The notes under the pieces were generated by a model. The model was given only the letters and a program-made list of their open reading frames with translations. It searched no databases and was not told the origin of the DNA. Below are positions 9,810 through 19,686 of a DNA stretch of 61,399 nucleotides, piece by piece (the stretch's first letter is position 1; the number at the start of each line of letters is the position of its first letter). This DNA comes from a virus (Duplodnaviria; Caudoviricetes), in IMG/VR virus record IMGVR_UViG_3300017761_006794, positions 1 through 61,399 of that record, one strand, 5' to 3'. The translations under genes were made by a program, and so were the position numbers.

Positions 9810-11642
9810 TTATCCTGTTGAGACCACGATATCGAAATTCGGATACCGCAGTTCGAAGATGGAGCCCGGTGGGCCGATGATGAGTCCCTTGATGACGTTT
9901 GCGTTGATGTCAAAGTAGACGTCAGAGTATTCTCTTCCGTCTACCTGTCCTCTCAGGCCCTGGAAGTCAAGTCTCGTGATGGACAGAACTCCCGGGACAT
10001 TTATCACCGCATTCACGATGTCAGAGATCTGGAGAGACTGGTCTATCTGGAAGTTCCTGATGCTGAGCCTCTCCTGTATTACAAGAATGACGTCCCTAAT
10101 CACGTTGTTGACATTTGCGTCAGGTGTCGGAATGATCGAAACGTTCACCGAGTAATTTATAACCCTTGCGTCGACAACGTCTATCGCGTCAGAGATAAGT
10201 CTGTACTCATTGAGATATTTCTGTATGTTTCTCTTCAGTGTGTCGGGAGACTGTATCAGCTTTCCGCTCTCATTCCGTGACATGACAAAGAGCTGCGACG
10301 CAAGAGGGTTGTTTGGGTTGGACCTCACTCCCGCTCGGAACACGCTGCCAAATTTTGAGGGCAGTGAGTACACTCTTGCTATGAGGTCGGCCTTTGTTAC
10401 CACCCTTTGCTGTGCATTCCTGGCGGCAGGTATCAGGGGTCTGAGCTGGTCTATAGTCGGGGCAGGAGCGCCACCGGTAGCTGGTGAGCTGTTCAGCACA
10501 TCGAGTGACGCTCTCACCGAGCTTGCTATCGAAGCGGCAGGAGAGTTCCTGAATTCAATCCTTATTGACCTGATCGATCTGATGGTGTTGACTCCGACAT
10601 TGTGATCGATTCCACCGCCGGCACGGTATGTCACCGTCAGCGTGGTCGATACAGGAGATATTCCAAGAGTCTTGCTTCTCAGAAGAGAGTTTGGATCGAG
10701 AGAGAACTTCGGCACTGTCCTCCTTCCGTAAGTCGGAAGAGAGAGCTTCGATGGGTCTGGGAAGACGTCATCGTCGGCAAATGTGGGATCGCCTCCGCCA
10801 AACTGGAGAGTAGTCTTCCTTGACTGTAGGTTGACATTTGTGATGAACCTTCTCGGAGCAGGAACAACCTCGAGGCTCTCTCTCACGAGATTGTTGTCAT
10901 CGTCCTTGTTGATGACTCCGAGAAACACCGTGTCCTGCGTGAGACTGTCGACCTCATACCAACTGTTTCCGTCAGTGTCGGAGCACCTGACAACCTCGCT
11001 AACGTTTGCGTTAGTGAGCTGCACTGTCCTGAAAGGCTGGTAGCTTGATGGGAAAGTGAACTGCTCCGTGTAGATCCTCCCAGAAACGGCTACCACGTTC
11101 CTGCTGAGGATGAAAGTGAGCGGTATTCCTGATGAAGAGGTCTCTCCCACCTGCACTTTTGCGAAGAGATTGCCGAACCTGTCAGAATCTGCAAAATCGA
11201 GGTCCTCTATGGTTGAGAAGCTCACTCCATTCGAAGAGTCTACCACGGTGTTCTCTAGTATCACAGGAAGAGAAGTCCTATCAGGAACTGTCCTACCCGC
11301 TGAGTTGGTCGCGGGCACCTCGATGAAGAAGGTGAGCGTCACAGTAGCGGGAGTTGCACCGATGATCTTCACTCCGTTATTGCGGAGAAGACGCTCGACA
11401 TTCTGGACCTCGACGGCCTCACTCCACGAGAGCTCCCTGAACTGGTGGTCGAGGTAGTACGACATATTGTCGCCCACAGCCGCGGCCATGTCAAGCATGA
11501 GACCGCCCACAGAAGCTTCACTAAAGTCCTGTATCTTGTCTGGAAAGAAAGTCTTCGCGTACTTCAGGAGCTCCGACCTGAAGTCGTTGTAGTCCTTGGC
11601 AAGATAAGACCTGATAGGCGATTTCTTAGTGTTTGCAGCCAT
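9810..11642 (-). CDS. Baseplate wedge subunit (T4 gp6 / baseplate J-like)
   Basis: N-terminal YLAKDYNDFRSEL...DFSEASVGGLMLDMAAAVGDNMSYYLD; YRAGGG; ATGG...QQRVVTKADL, typical of gp6/J; adjacent to gp25. Confidence 0.9.
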   Translation of the reverse strand: MAANTKKSPIRSYLAKDYNDFRSELLKYAKTFFPDKIQDFSEASVGGLMLDMAAAVGDNMSYYLDHQFRELSWSEAVEVQNVERLLRNNGVKIIGATPATVTLTFFIEVPATNSAGRTVPDRTSLPVILENTVVDSSNGVSFSTIEDLDFADSDRFGNLFAKVQVGETSSSGIPLTFILSRNVVAVSGRIYTEQFTFPSSYQPFRTVQLTNANVSEVVRCSDTDGNSWYEVDSLTQDTVFLGVINKDDDNNLVRESLEVVPAPRRFITNVNLQSRKTTLQFGGGDPTFADDDVFPDPSKLSLPTYGRRTVPKFSLDPNSLLRSKTLGISPVSTTLTVTYRAGGGIDHNVGVNTIRSIRSIRIEFRNSPAASIASSVRASLDVLNSSPATGGAPAPTIDQLRPLIPAARNAQQRVVTKADLIARVYSLPSKFGSVFRAGVRSNPNNPLASQLFVMSRNESGKLIQSPDTLKRNIQKYLNEYRLISDAIDVVDARVINYSVNVSIIPTPDANVNNVIRDVILVIQERLSIRNFQIDQSLQISDIVNAVINVPGVLSITRLDFQGLRGQVDGREYSDVYFDINANVIKGLIIGPPGSIFELRYPNFDIVVSTG

Positions 11643-12124
11643 TATCCCACCGAATAGAGGATGACTTCAATCTTCCTCTCCGTCTGATTGATTAGAGGTA
11701 TGCGATAAGAGACTCTGACCCCGACTTTTGCTACGCTGTTATCTGTGGCAAACTCATTGAAAGGTTCAAAAGTCTCTAGACTCACGTAAGGGAAGTATCT
11801 GCTCACAGACTCCCTGATTCTTGTAACCGCCTCGAGGTCGGTCTCTTCGCTGCCGAGCTCAAAGGTGAGCTCTTTCAGGTTAGCCCCGAAATTGTAATCC
11901 ATGAGACGCTCACCCTTGTTGGTGAGTATCAGGTTCCTGATGTTGTCGGAAACTGCGTCCTCGACCCGGTAAGTCATCTTCAGCAGACCGTCAGGACCGT
12001 CTCCGAGCTCAAGGGGGGTCTTTATACCAATCGGAGGGGATCTTGAAGCCTGAACGTTCCTCTCTCGAACATCCTGAGGTGTCTCACCGACAGACTTAAA
12101 GCTGTAAGTTCTCGGTGTTGACAC
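11642..12124 (-). CDS. Baseplate protein gp25/GPW-like
   Basis: NIRNLILTNKGERLMDYNFGANL motif of the GPW_gp25 family; GGAGG RBS upstream. Confidence 0.9.
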   Translation of the reverse strand: MSTPRTYSFKSVGETPQDVRERNVQASRSPPIGIKTPLELGDGPDGLLKMTYRVEDAVSDNIRNLILTNKGERLMDYNFGANLKELTFELGSEETDLEAVTRIRESVSRYFPYVSLETFEPFNEFATDNSVAKVGVRVSYRIPLINQTERKIEVILYSVG

Positions 12125-12142
12125 CCGTTCACCTCCAGCTCA

Positions 12143-12149
12143 TAACTAT
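12143..12149 (-). promoter_or_regulatory. Putative late promoter motif ATAGTTA
   Basis: Sits in the 30-bp gap upstream of gp25; the same heptamer recurs at gene boundaries 45142, 56819 and 59015. Confidence 0.5.
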
Positions 12150-12154
12150 GAACA

Positions 12155-12409
12155 TCAAGATGTTCCCGGTGAGATTGTTGAGCCGACAGTGGGTCCTGAC
12201 GTGCCGACTGTACTGACAACCTGGCCTGGGTTTATGGTGACCACTATTGACGTAACGTAAGAATCTATTGCGTTAGTGAGGTCTGACGCAAGCTGCGAGA
12301 TTATTGCGTCAGAATCAGCGTTGTCCTCACGACCCAGGTCCCTGGACTCCCTGAGAGCGTTCAGTATTGAGTTTCCGAGCGTGATTTTCCCCGGTGCTAC
12401 AACTGGCAT
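12155..12409 (-). CDS. Small baseplate-associated protein (possible spike tip/accessory)
   Basis: 84-aa ORF tightly coupled between the spike-like gene and gp25. Confidence 0.55.
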   Translation of the reverse strand: MPVVAPGKITLGNSILNALRESRDLGREDNADSDAIISQLASDLTNAIDSYVTSIVVTINPGQVVSTVGTSGPTVGSTISPGTS

Positions 12410-13912
12410 TTATTCTCCGTAGATTCTCTTGCTTCTGATATCAGGTATCTCTGACTTCCTGCTTGCGATATCGGATTTCAACGTGGTGGCAGCGTCAAGA
12501 ATCTGCACTGATGGAGCACCGTAACCCGGTGTGGTGTGAGTCTGTAGCTTTGCGCAGAAAGAGTCGATGTTGCCCAGGAAGGTCTCGAGAAGCTCTTTCA
12601 GCTGCTGGTATTTCACGTAGGGTTGGGTCTTGCCTGGTGCTTCTTCGTCTCCTTCCTCAAGTCCGCCGTCAGCTGCAGATTTCCCGATGAATATCTTTGA
12701 GCCGGTGACAATTACTGTCCCGTCCTCCAACAGAGATATTGCTGCATGGTCTCCGGTGTCGGACTTCTCTCCCTCTTTGATGATCTTTATCGAACCGTTT
12801 ATGTTATGAGCCTCGTCCTTCCTGGCCACAATCCTCACCTGGTCTGACTTAATCGCAATTCCTGAATTGTTCTGTGGAAACTCCCTGTAAGATTCCTCGC
12901 CCGGTACAACGGGCATGAAGTCTGCAAGGGACAACCTCTCGTCAAGGGGAGAAGATATTACAATGTAGATGCGTGACGCGTCCTGGTCGAAGTCGGGGTC
13001 TCCCTCGACCTGCGTCAAGCCTGGCTTCTTTCGAACGTCCTTCGAGACCTCGATGAAACCACGAGAGTTTGTCATGATATCGGGGACAGTTCGAGACTTC
13101 TCGTTGTTCGAAAGCCACCTGGAGCGACCGGCAACTATGTCAACAGCGCCAGAGAATGATCCCGGTGATTCGTGGACTTTTGATCGTGACGCTGATGGGT
13201 CCTCATCACGATTCCATCCCCTGTCAGTCGTGAGAGCAACCATGGCATTGTTGCTGCCGTGTATCACGAGATCACCGGGGCGCTTTGAGTACCTCGGGAC
13301 AGGCTCGAGCTTGTGTGGGATTGCAGTTGCTTCGTCGAGTATCTTCACGTACTCGTTCTTGCCACTTGTCTCCTGTCTCAGTGAGAAGTTCGGAAAGTCG
13401 TCTGTGGCAGGTGCATTACCGCTCGGCAGAGCCTGTGCCTTCTCCGCAGTGCCAGGGGTCTGCTTCAGCTCAGCCTTTGGGACTATGCCACGGTCATAGT
13501 GTGAGAAATTGAGATCCTCTGAGTACTCGTCACCGTGAACTCTAGTGAGCCAGTAACCAACAGTCCTGATGTCCCTGTCAAAGATGAGCCACACCGTCTC
13601 ACCGACCTTGACAGGCATCGAAACATGAGAAGAGAAGAACGGGTAGGCAATGCACAGAGACTGCCCGACAGAGTCTGCTCCGTCTGTGATCCTCCTCACG
13701 AGAAGCGTGTTTCTTGGAAGCCTATCGAGCTGGACGGCGGGGTCTATGCCCTTCACTGAGCTTGCAATGAGAGGTATCTGGGACTGGTCCAGGACAATCT
13801 TGGTGACAACGCCCTTTTCGAAAGGACTGAGACCTCTTGAGTCAGCTCCTTGAAGCTGCTTTGCCTCGCTTCGAGCTCCGAGATTGTTCGAGATAGAGTT
13901 GATATCAGCCAT
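12410..13912 (-). CDS. Baseplate hub/central spike-like protein (gp5/gpV-type N-terminal OB fold)
   Basis: AYPFFSSHVSMPVKVGETVWL...GYWL resembles the gpV/gp5 OB fold; C-terminal THTTP-like tip; canonical position upstream of gp25. Confidence 0.6.
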   Translation of the reverse strand: MADINSISNNLGARSEAKQLQGADSRGLSPFEKGVVTKIVLDQSQIPLIASSVKGIDPAVQLDRLPRNTLLVRRITDGADSVGQSLCIAYPFFSSHVSMPVKVGETVWLIFDRDIRTVGYWLTRVHGDEYSEDLNFSHYDRGIVPKAELKQTPGTAEKAQALPSGNAPATDDFPNFSLRQETSGKNEYVKILDEATAIPHKLEPVPRYSKRPGDLVIHGSNNAMVALTTDRGWNRDEDPSASRSKVHESPGSFSGAVDIVAGRSRWLSNNEKSRTVPDIMTNSRGFIEVSKDVRKKPGLTQVEGDPDFDQDASRIYIVISSPLDERLSLADFMPVVPGEESYREFPQNNSGIAIKSDQVRIVARKDEAHNINGSIKIIKEGEKSDTGDHAAISLLEDGTVIVTGSKIFIGKSAADGGLEEGDEEAPGKTQPYVKYQQLKELLETFLGNIDSFCAKLQTHTTPGYGAPSVQILDAATTLKSDIASRKSEIPDIRSKRIYGE

Positions 13913-13915
13913 TGA

Positions 13916-14275
13916 TCAGCCAGATATCTGTTCAAAGATTTCGTCAGGGGTGAGCTTCTTCTCTTCCGAAGACGAACGGATGATGTCTGCAAGCTTCAGA
14001 AGCTGTTCATTAGACTTGCTCATCCTCTCAAGGTACTTGGTGAGAGTTGCTCCAATTGTGAGGTGCTCGGAGGATGTCCCGCCCATCTGCTGATAGAGAC
14101 CAATGAAGAGAGCATGTGCGTTCTCCCTGTCTGTCACAGCATTCTGGTAGATTTCCTTCCAGAGGAACTTTCTCTTGTCGTCTACCGACTCTATTGAATC
14201 AATGAGATCGGCAAAGTCACCGACCTTCTTCTGATTCTCCTCCGCTCTCCTGATGAGATCGTCAACGCTGGCCAT
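13916..14275 (-). CDS. Hypothetical helical protein
   Basis: 119-aa ORF, start overlaps the sigma gene stop (TAATG). Confidence 0.7.
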   Translation of the reverse strand: MASVDDLIRRAEENQKKVGDFADLIDSIESVDDKRKFLWKEIYQNAVTDRENAHALFIGLYQQMGGTSSEHLTIGATLTKYLERMSKSNEQLLKLADIIRSSSEEKKLTPDEIFEQISG

Positions 14276-15000
14276 TAGAGAACTCCGTGTCCGTTCTTAA
14301 CTAAGTCTTTGTAGTGACGCCTGATCACAGACATTGCAGAAGAGAGTTGTTTCGAGTTGAGGTTCGAGATGTCTCTCACGTAGATGAAGATTGCTCTCTT
14401 ATGGAGGAGGTCGATCTCCTCCAGCTGCTCGAATACCGTGATAATTGCCTGCATGCAGGCTTTCTCATGCTCCTCAACAAGTCGGTTGGAGATCATTTCG
14501 AAGAGGTTTCTCACCTCTTCTCGCTGACGCTGCTTTATCATGATCTCGTCAGGAGACTCCACGATGGAGTGACTTGCAATTGAGTTCTTGTCCTTTGCGG
14601 AGAGTGACTCATGGTCATCAAGCGAGACATGCTTTGTGGTGAAACGAGATCTCCTCCTTGAGTGTATGATGAGCCAATTTCGAGCAATCACGTTGAAGTA
14701 CGAGAAAGCCTTCGTTCCCCTCGTCTCATCGAACTTGTGTAGGTTCTCGTAGAGGAAGCTCACGCAGTCGTTCTTCAACTCAGGTATGTTATCGGTGGAA
14801 GCAGCAAATCCGTAGATGTAGATGAGGTTCTCAACAAGCTTGTTGAGGGCTGGGACTATCCTGTCGTTATAGATCACCTCCTTCACCTTGTGGTCCGAGG
14901 AGTGCTTGAACTCCTTGATTGCTTGCTGCTGGTCAGGACCAAAGTAGAGGTCCTTCGGTGGAGTGTCTTTCGACCTCCGTATTCTCTTCTTACCGTTCAT
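14275..15000 (-). CDS. Phage late sigma factor-like protein (T4 gp55-like, region 2)
   Basis: LYENLHKFDETRGTKAFSYFNVIARNWLI resembles sigma region 2.3-2.4 (KFD...F.TY) and gp55; no clear canonical region 4 HTH. Confidence 0.7.
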   Translation of the reverse strand: MNGKKRIRRSKDTPPKDLYFGPDQQQAIKEFKHSSDHKVKEVIYNDRIVPALNKLVENLIYIYGFAASTDNIPELKNDCVSFLYENLHKFDETRGTKAFSYFNVIARNWLIIHSRRRSRFTTKHVSLDDHESLSAKDKNSIASHSIVESPDEIMIKQRQREEVRNLFEMISNRLVEEHEKACMQAIITVFEQLEEIDLLHKRAIFIYVRDISNLNSKQLSSAMSVIRRHYKDLVKNGHGVL

Positions 15001-15292
15001 TTTGAGAGACCTCTTCTTCCTCTACCTTGCTGATCACATTTGCGACGTAGAGAATCGCGTCCCTCGATGCCTTGATGTCATCATGGACTCTCTTTATCTC
15101 GGGAGAGTCGTAGAAGAGCGGTATCTGAAGAACTTTTGCTATTGAATCGTACCTCTTGTCGAGCACCTCAAGGCACTCCTCGACAGAGTCCTGCACTCTG
15201 ATAACCATGAGACCAAACTTGACTGCATGGTAAGCAGCAAACGAGAGAGCAACAGTCTCAACGGCCAAGAGAGCGGCAAGGACATAGATCAC
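14990..15292 (-). CDS. Hypothetical membrane-anchored protein
   Basis: Likely GTG start at 15292 overlapping the GT stop; N-terminal hydrophobic helix IYVLAALLAVETVALSFAAY. Confidence 0.6.
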   Translation of the reverse strand: MIYVLAALLAVETVALSFAAYHAVKFGLMVIRVQDSVEECLEVLDKRYDSIAKVLQIPLFYDSPEIKRVHDDIKASRDAILYVANVISKVEEEEVSQNER

Positions 15293-16455
15293 TCTGCCCT
15301 CCCAATCACCCTGTCGTAATGCTTGCTGATGGAATCGAAAGAGTGAGATCTCTGGACCTTTTCTCTCAAATCTTTCGCCCACTCTCTTGGGACAGACTGA
15401 CTCTCGTACATCTTCCGCATCCGCTTCTTTGCGTCTTCCTCATGTGGCATTGCCCACTGGGAGCCTTCTGCGAATATCTCTTTCCCAAGCTTTTCGTGTG
15501 GGACCTGCGCAAGGCTGTAGGAGACTTTTGAGTACTTGCCGAGTCCGAGAAATTCCGTGTGCCCTGACCAGCCGGTCGCAATGACCGGCAGCCCAGCCGC
15601 GGCGGCGTCGATGAGCGGAAGCCCAAATCCTTCTCCCCTTGTGAAACTCACCATTGACTTCACCTTGGGAGAGAGCAGGAGAGAAGCGCAGTCCTCGTTC
15701 GACATGTCACCGTTGAGGAGGTAAACTCTCGGGTAATCTCCTGTACGGACCTCCTTCACTAGAGCAGAGAACATTTGCTCAAGCTGCATCCTGTGAAAGA
15801 CGCATGAAGTGCCCAGGTTTGTCTTCACTATGAGACCGACCTGTTTGTTGTCCCTGAACTCCTCACAGAACCACTTCACGGCGTAGAGGAGATTCTTCCT
15901 GTCTGTCTCAGGTTCTCTCGATGTCACCTGACCGAACATCAAGAAGTTGAAAGGGGTTACCACCTCATCCAACTGCAAGTGTCTCAGTGTGTCCCGTGTT
16001 GCATCGAGAAGGTTGTCGGAGAAAGACTCCGGCACTACGGTGATCTTTTCGGCAGGCGCTCCTGCGGCGACAAGCCCCGACTTTGAGAACTCTGATGGGA
16101 CGATGACAAGATCCATCCTCCTAACGCATTCTGCCCAATGCTCAGGCGCCCTTGTGGTCTCGACCCCTGCAGTCACTCCCACGTTGAACTTTCCGAGATT
16201 AGGCTCCCACTCGTGAGGAAGTTGTACCTGGACGGTGAGGTCGACCCCCTTTGGGTCTCGTCCGGTCCGTCTCATCGCTTCTCCCACGAGACCATTGAGA
16301 TCCTCGGGGTTCACGTACCACGATGTCACTCCCCAGGGCGTGATGTTGCACTGGACGTCATAGCCAGCACTGAGCAGCCACTTGAACACCTGTCGACAGT
16401 GAGTCCCGTACCCTGATTTCGAGAGTATTGGTCCCCTGATAAGAGCCGTTTTCAT
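15289..16455 (-). CDS. Glycosyltransferase family 4 (GT-B)
   Basis: SGYG N-terminal motif, RKN, EGFGLPLIDAAAAGLPVIATGWSG. Confidence 0.9.
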   Translation of the reverse strand: MKTALIRGPILSKSGYGTHCRQVFKWLLSAGYDVQCNITPWGVTSWYVNPEDLNGLVGEAMRRTGRDPKGVDLTVQVQLPHEWEPNLGKFNVGVTAGVETTRAPEHWAECVRRMDLVIVPSEFSKSGLVAAGAPAEKITVVPESFSDNLLDATRDTLRHLQLDEVVTPFNFLMFGQVTSREPETDRKNLLYAVKWFCEEFRDNKQVGLIVKTNLGTSCVFHRMQLEQMFSALVKEVRTGDYPRVYLLNGDMSNEDCASLLLSPKVKSMVSFTRGEGFGLPLIDAAAAGLPVIATGWSGHTEFLGLGKYSKVSYSLAQVPHEKLGKEIFAEGSQWAMPHEEDAKKRMRKMYESQSVPREWAKDLREKVQRSHSFDSISKHYDRVIGRAE

Positions 16456-17693
16456 AGAGCCTTCACCTCCCAAGCGCAGTTTCTCTTCCAGTTATCGTGG
16501 AGATTGCATAGCGTCCTGTCCCACTCGTCAATGGTCTTCTGGTAGCTGAACTCGGACTCCACGTAGGCCCTTGCCTTCTCACCGAGCCTCTTCCTCTCGT
16601 CGGGGCCCATCTCATACAGCTTCATGTACGCTTTTGCTGTCGTGTCCGAGGAGACATAATCCTCGTAGATGTATGGGACCTGTTGTGATCCGACAAGCGA
16701 CCGCAGCTCGACATCGAGAGCAACACCGTTCTCGGTGCCGTCCCTGTGATCGACCACCTGCCTCGTGAGACCACCTGTCTTGAGAGCGACTATCGGGTTT
16801 CCTACCGTCATAGCCTCCAGGGTGGAGAGACCGAAACCCTCAGCGTATGAGATGTTGACGCAGAAGTCGCTCACGTTATGCAGGACGTTCATCTTCTCGT
16901 AGTCAACCCTCTCACTCGAAAAGACGACCCTGTTCTCGACCCCAAAATGCCTGGCAACCTCCATGAGGTTCGGACCCTCAGAGTCAAGAGGGTCCGTGTG
17001 CATGATGAGGGTTGCCTTGTCATGACCGTGCTTTGCTCTCAGGTCATCGAGGAAAATCTTCCAAGAGTGGACAACATCTGATGGGCGCTTGCGGCGGGCA
17101 TTTCGATTGATCCAGAGCCCGATGAAGTGGTCTGCCTTCTCCTGCCCAAAGAGCTTTGTCTTGTGGAACATCTTCAGGTAGCTCGGCATCGGAGAGAAGT
17201 GCTCAGGAGGGATCGCGTGTGGGATGAAGTTTGTCTTCCCTGGGTGCTTCTCGCTCACGATCTCGTACGTGAGATGAGAGTGACAGTTGATGAGGTCAGT
17301 CCCCCTGTAGTAGGGGGCATTGAAATCAGGAGACGGGTAGTTGTCCCAGACATGCCACCAAGCAATGGGACAGACCTGGTGAATCTCGTCCTCCATTTCA
17401 AAGAGCCACGTGAAGAACCGAGGGTCGGTGAAGATGAGGAGGATGTCAGGCTTCTCGGTCGCAAGCGCAACACGGATGAGGTTCCTATCACCGAAGCCGT
17501 CAATCGGCTTGATGATAAAATCCTCGTTCACCATCACCGTAGAATAGTCGGTGTGCTTTATGGCGGCACCGAACTGCCTGAAGGTGTAACCACCCTTCTT
17601 CAGGAGTCCGTTGACCAGGTGCCGAGTCTGGTTTCCAACGCCGCTTGTCGAGAGGGCGTGGTCAGACAGTATTAAGACTTTCTTCTTCTTCAC
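16452..17693 (-). CDS. Glycosyltransferase family 4 (GT-B)
   Basis: NRNARRK and EGFGLSTLEAMTVGNPIV motifs. Confidence 0.9.
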   Translation of the reverse strand: MKKKKVLILSDHALSTSGVGNQTRHLVNGLLKKGGYTFRQFGAAIKHTDYSTVMVNEDFIIKPIDGFGDRNLIRVALATEKPDILLIFTDPRFFTWLFEMEDEIHQVCPIAWWHVWDNYPSPDFNAPYYRGTDLINCHSHLTYEIVSEKHPGKTNFIPHAIPPEHFSPMPSYLKMFHKTKLFGQEKADHFIGLWINRNARRKRPSDVVHSWKIFLDDLRAKHGHDKATLIMHTDPLDSEGPNLMEVARHFGVENRVVFSSERVDYEKMNVLHNVSDFCVNISYAEGFGLSTLEAMTVGNPIVALKTGGLTRQVVDHRDGTENGVALDVELRSLVGSQQVPYIYEDYVSSDTTAKAYMKLYEMGPDERKRLGEKARAYVESEFSYQKTIDEWDRTLCNLHDNWKRNCAWEVKAL

Positions 17694-17698
17694 AGCTG

Positions 17699-17725
17699 CT
17701 CCGTGTGCGTATATTCACCACGGAG
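17699..17725 (-). promoter_or_regulatory. Hairpin (7 bp) sequestering the GGAG RBS of the GT4 gene
   Basis: CTCCGTG-N13-CACGGAG ends 5 nt before the GTG start at 17693. Confidence 0.4.
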
Positions 17726-17748
17726 TGCAAAAGCGTAAAAACTTTCGA

Positions 17749-18546
17749 CTAACGAGTGCAGAGTCCTTGCTTACCGAAGTCGCACCACTCGCAATTGTAC
17801 TTGTTCTTCAGATGCTTTCCGCGTCTGACTCCGCTGACCATGTCCTTGACGAGCTTCTCGCCCTTCTCCATGGGCTTGGGACCGACAGATATCTCATACT
17901 TTGAGATGGTGTTACCGAGCTTTGCTCCCTTCTTCAGGACCACGAATGCGCATCCCACCTCACGACTCTGCAGTTCAAGCTTTCGAAGAAGGTAACTCTT
18001 GTAGAGCCAGAGCTGGGCAAGAACAAGATCGTCCTCCAGCTTCTCCTTGCGCCAACCGTAAGCGGGACCTGTCTTCCAGTCAAGTATCCAGACCTTCCAT
18101 CTCGTCTTCTCTTCGTTGAGCGGGACACGGATAACGGAGTCCACGAATCCCTTGAACTTGATCTGGTCCTCTTCAGGGATGTCCTCATAGAGGGGAAGCT
18201 CGGCCCCGAGGAGCTCCCACCCAGGGTACTCCTTGTCAAGCCAGCCTGGGAAGTCGGTGAGGATATTCACCGCCCAGGTCTTCCACTTCTCGACATCCGG
18301 ACGATTCCTCGCTGCCCAGTCATCCTCGATGAGTTTAGTGACGGCAGGAATGTCCATTGCTCGAGTCTTCAGGTAGTTCTCCACGCCTGCGTGTACATGT
18401 TTTCCGAAGTCTGCGTGAATCCAGTCCTGCTCAGGTAGCTGGACCTTGTCAATGTAGGAGAGCTTGTGCCTCCATCCGCACCCGTGCCAACAGCTTACCT
18501 CTGAGTAAGAGACGTGGGGTTTACCAGTCGGAAAGTCAGACTCCAA
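17749..18546 (-). CDS. PD-(D/E)XK nuclease (RecB/Cas4-like, 4-Cys)
   Basis: SYSE...C, FGKHVH, E, KGFVD, ILDWKTG, QLWLY, CEWC...C; likely TTG start at 18546 behind GGAGG. Confidence 0.85.
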   Translation of the reverse strand: MESDFPTGKPHVSYSEVSCWHGCGWRHKLSYIDKVQLPEQDWIHADFGKHVHAGVENYLKTRAMDIPAVTKLIEDDWAARNRPDVEKWKTWAVNILTDFPGWLDKEYPGWELLGAELPLYEDIPEEDQIKFKGFVDSVIRVPLNEEKTRWKVWILDWKTGPAYGWRKEKLEDDLVLAQLWLYKSYLLRKLELQSREVGCAFVVLKKGAKLGNTISKYEISVGPKPMEKGEKLVKDMVSGVRRGKHLKNKYNCEWCDFGKQGLCTR

Positions 18547-19636
18547 TCTCCCTCCGGGACTTCTGCAGTGCAGAGCCGACCACTTGGTGCATGTCGTAGT
18601 ACTTGTACTCTGCAAGACGTCCGCCGAAGAGAACCCCCTCGGTGTTATCCGCAATCTCCTTGTACTTTCGATAGATCTCATTGTTCTTCTCATCATTGAT
18701 CGGATAGTAGGGAACAGCTCCTCGATGCCAATCGTCAGGGTACTCCTTCGTCCAGATCGTGTTAGAAATCTTGTGAACGTCTTGGACCTGAAAGTGTTTA
18801 TGCTCAGTGATCCTTGTGTATGGGACCGAGACATCAGAGTAGTTCATCACTGCGATTCCCTGGTAATCCCCAGCCTGGTGATGGTGTTCAAAGCGAAGAG
18901 TGCGATAATCGAGCTCACCGTGTTCATAGTTGAAGTACTCGTCAATCTTTCCAGTATAGATCACACGCTTGGCAGACTTTTCCCACTTTTCTCTATCAGC
19001 AAAGAAGTCCTCCCCGAGCGCAATGTCGCAACCCTGAAGCAGCCCTTTGAACATCTCGGTGTATCCACCGATTGGAATGCCTTGGTAAGTGTCATTGAAA
19101 TAGTTGTCATCATAGTTCATGCGAATGGGCAGTCTCTTGATGATTGCAGCAGGCAGGTCTTTCGGCTCTCTCTTCCACTGCTTCGTAGTGTAGCCGTGAA
19201 TGAAAGTCTCGTACACTTCTCTTCCCACTTGAGAGAGAATCCATTCTTCAAGATTGCGGGGATTCTCGCATGGAACTCGAACCTCATCAATCTTCCTCAT
19301 TGCTTCTTCGGGTGAAGTCACACCCCACAGCTGGTGAAGCGTCATGAGATTCACTGGGAAGGAATACACCTTCCCCTTGTAGTTGACCTTGGGTCTAGCG
19401 ACGTAGTTGTTGAAGTTCACAAACTGATTCACGAACTTCCAAACTCTATCGTCAGACGTGTGAAAGACATGAGGACCGTATACGTGAACATTCACGCCGT
19501 TTCGGTCTTCAGTGTAACAGTTGCCCCCAATATGAGGTCTCTTGTCGATCACAAGGACTGACTTTGCCTTTCGACGAGCCTCATGAGCAAAGACAGAGCC
19601 GAAAAGACCAGAGCCTACTACAAGATAGTCGTACAT
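18536..19636 (-). CDS. glf: UDP-galactopyranose mutase
   Basis: YDYLVVGSGLFG, HIGGNCY, YGPHVFHT, YTTKQW, PYYP, GRLAEYKYYDMHQ. Confidence 0.97.
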   Translation of the reverse strand: MYDYLVVGSGLFGSVFAHEARRKAKSVLVIDKRPHIGGNCYTEDRNGVNVHVYGPHVFHTSDDRVWKFVNQFVNFNNYVARPKVNYKGKVYSFPVNLMTLHQLWGVTSPEEAMRKIDEVRVPCENPRNLEEWILSQVGREVYETFIHGYTTKQWKREPKDLPAAIIKRLPIRMNYDDNYFNDTYQGIPIGGYTEMFKGLLQGCDIALGEDFFADREKWEKSAKRVIYTGKIDEYFNYEHGELDYRTLRFEHHHQAGDYQGIAVMNYSDVSVPYTRITEHKHFQVQDVHKISNTIWTKEYPDDWHRGAVPYYPINDEKNNEIYRKYKEIADNTEGVLFGGRLAEYKYYDMHQVVGSALQKSRREIGV

Positions 19637-19656
19637 GTTTGTTTCCTTCCTAACCA

Positions 19657-19685
19657 ATGATATTCAGACTGTCTCAGTTGTTCAA
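19657..19685 (-). promoter_or_regulatory. Sigma70-like promoter TTGAAC-N17-TATCAT
   Basis: Intergenic, upstream of glf; the same -35 hexamer and 17-bp spacing recur at 56487 and 60512. Confidence 0.55.
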
Positions 19686-19686
19686 G

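Noticed and set aside
9810-13912. Baseplate genes as a bacterial T6SS/eCIS/tailocin locus
   Set aside because: The gp55-like sigma, PhoH, orphan MTases, unidirectional dense layout and absence of housekeeping operons fit a large phage better.
17749-18546. Cas4-like gene as evidence of a CRISPR-Cas system
   Set aside because: No repeat-spacer array or other cas genes were seen; solo Cas4-like nucleases are common in phages.
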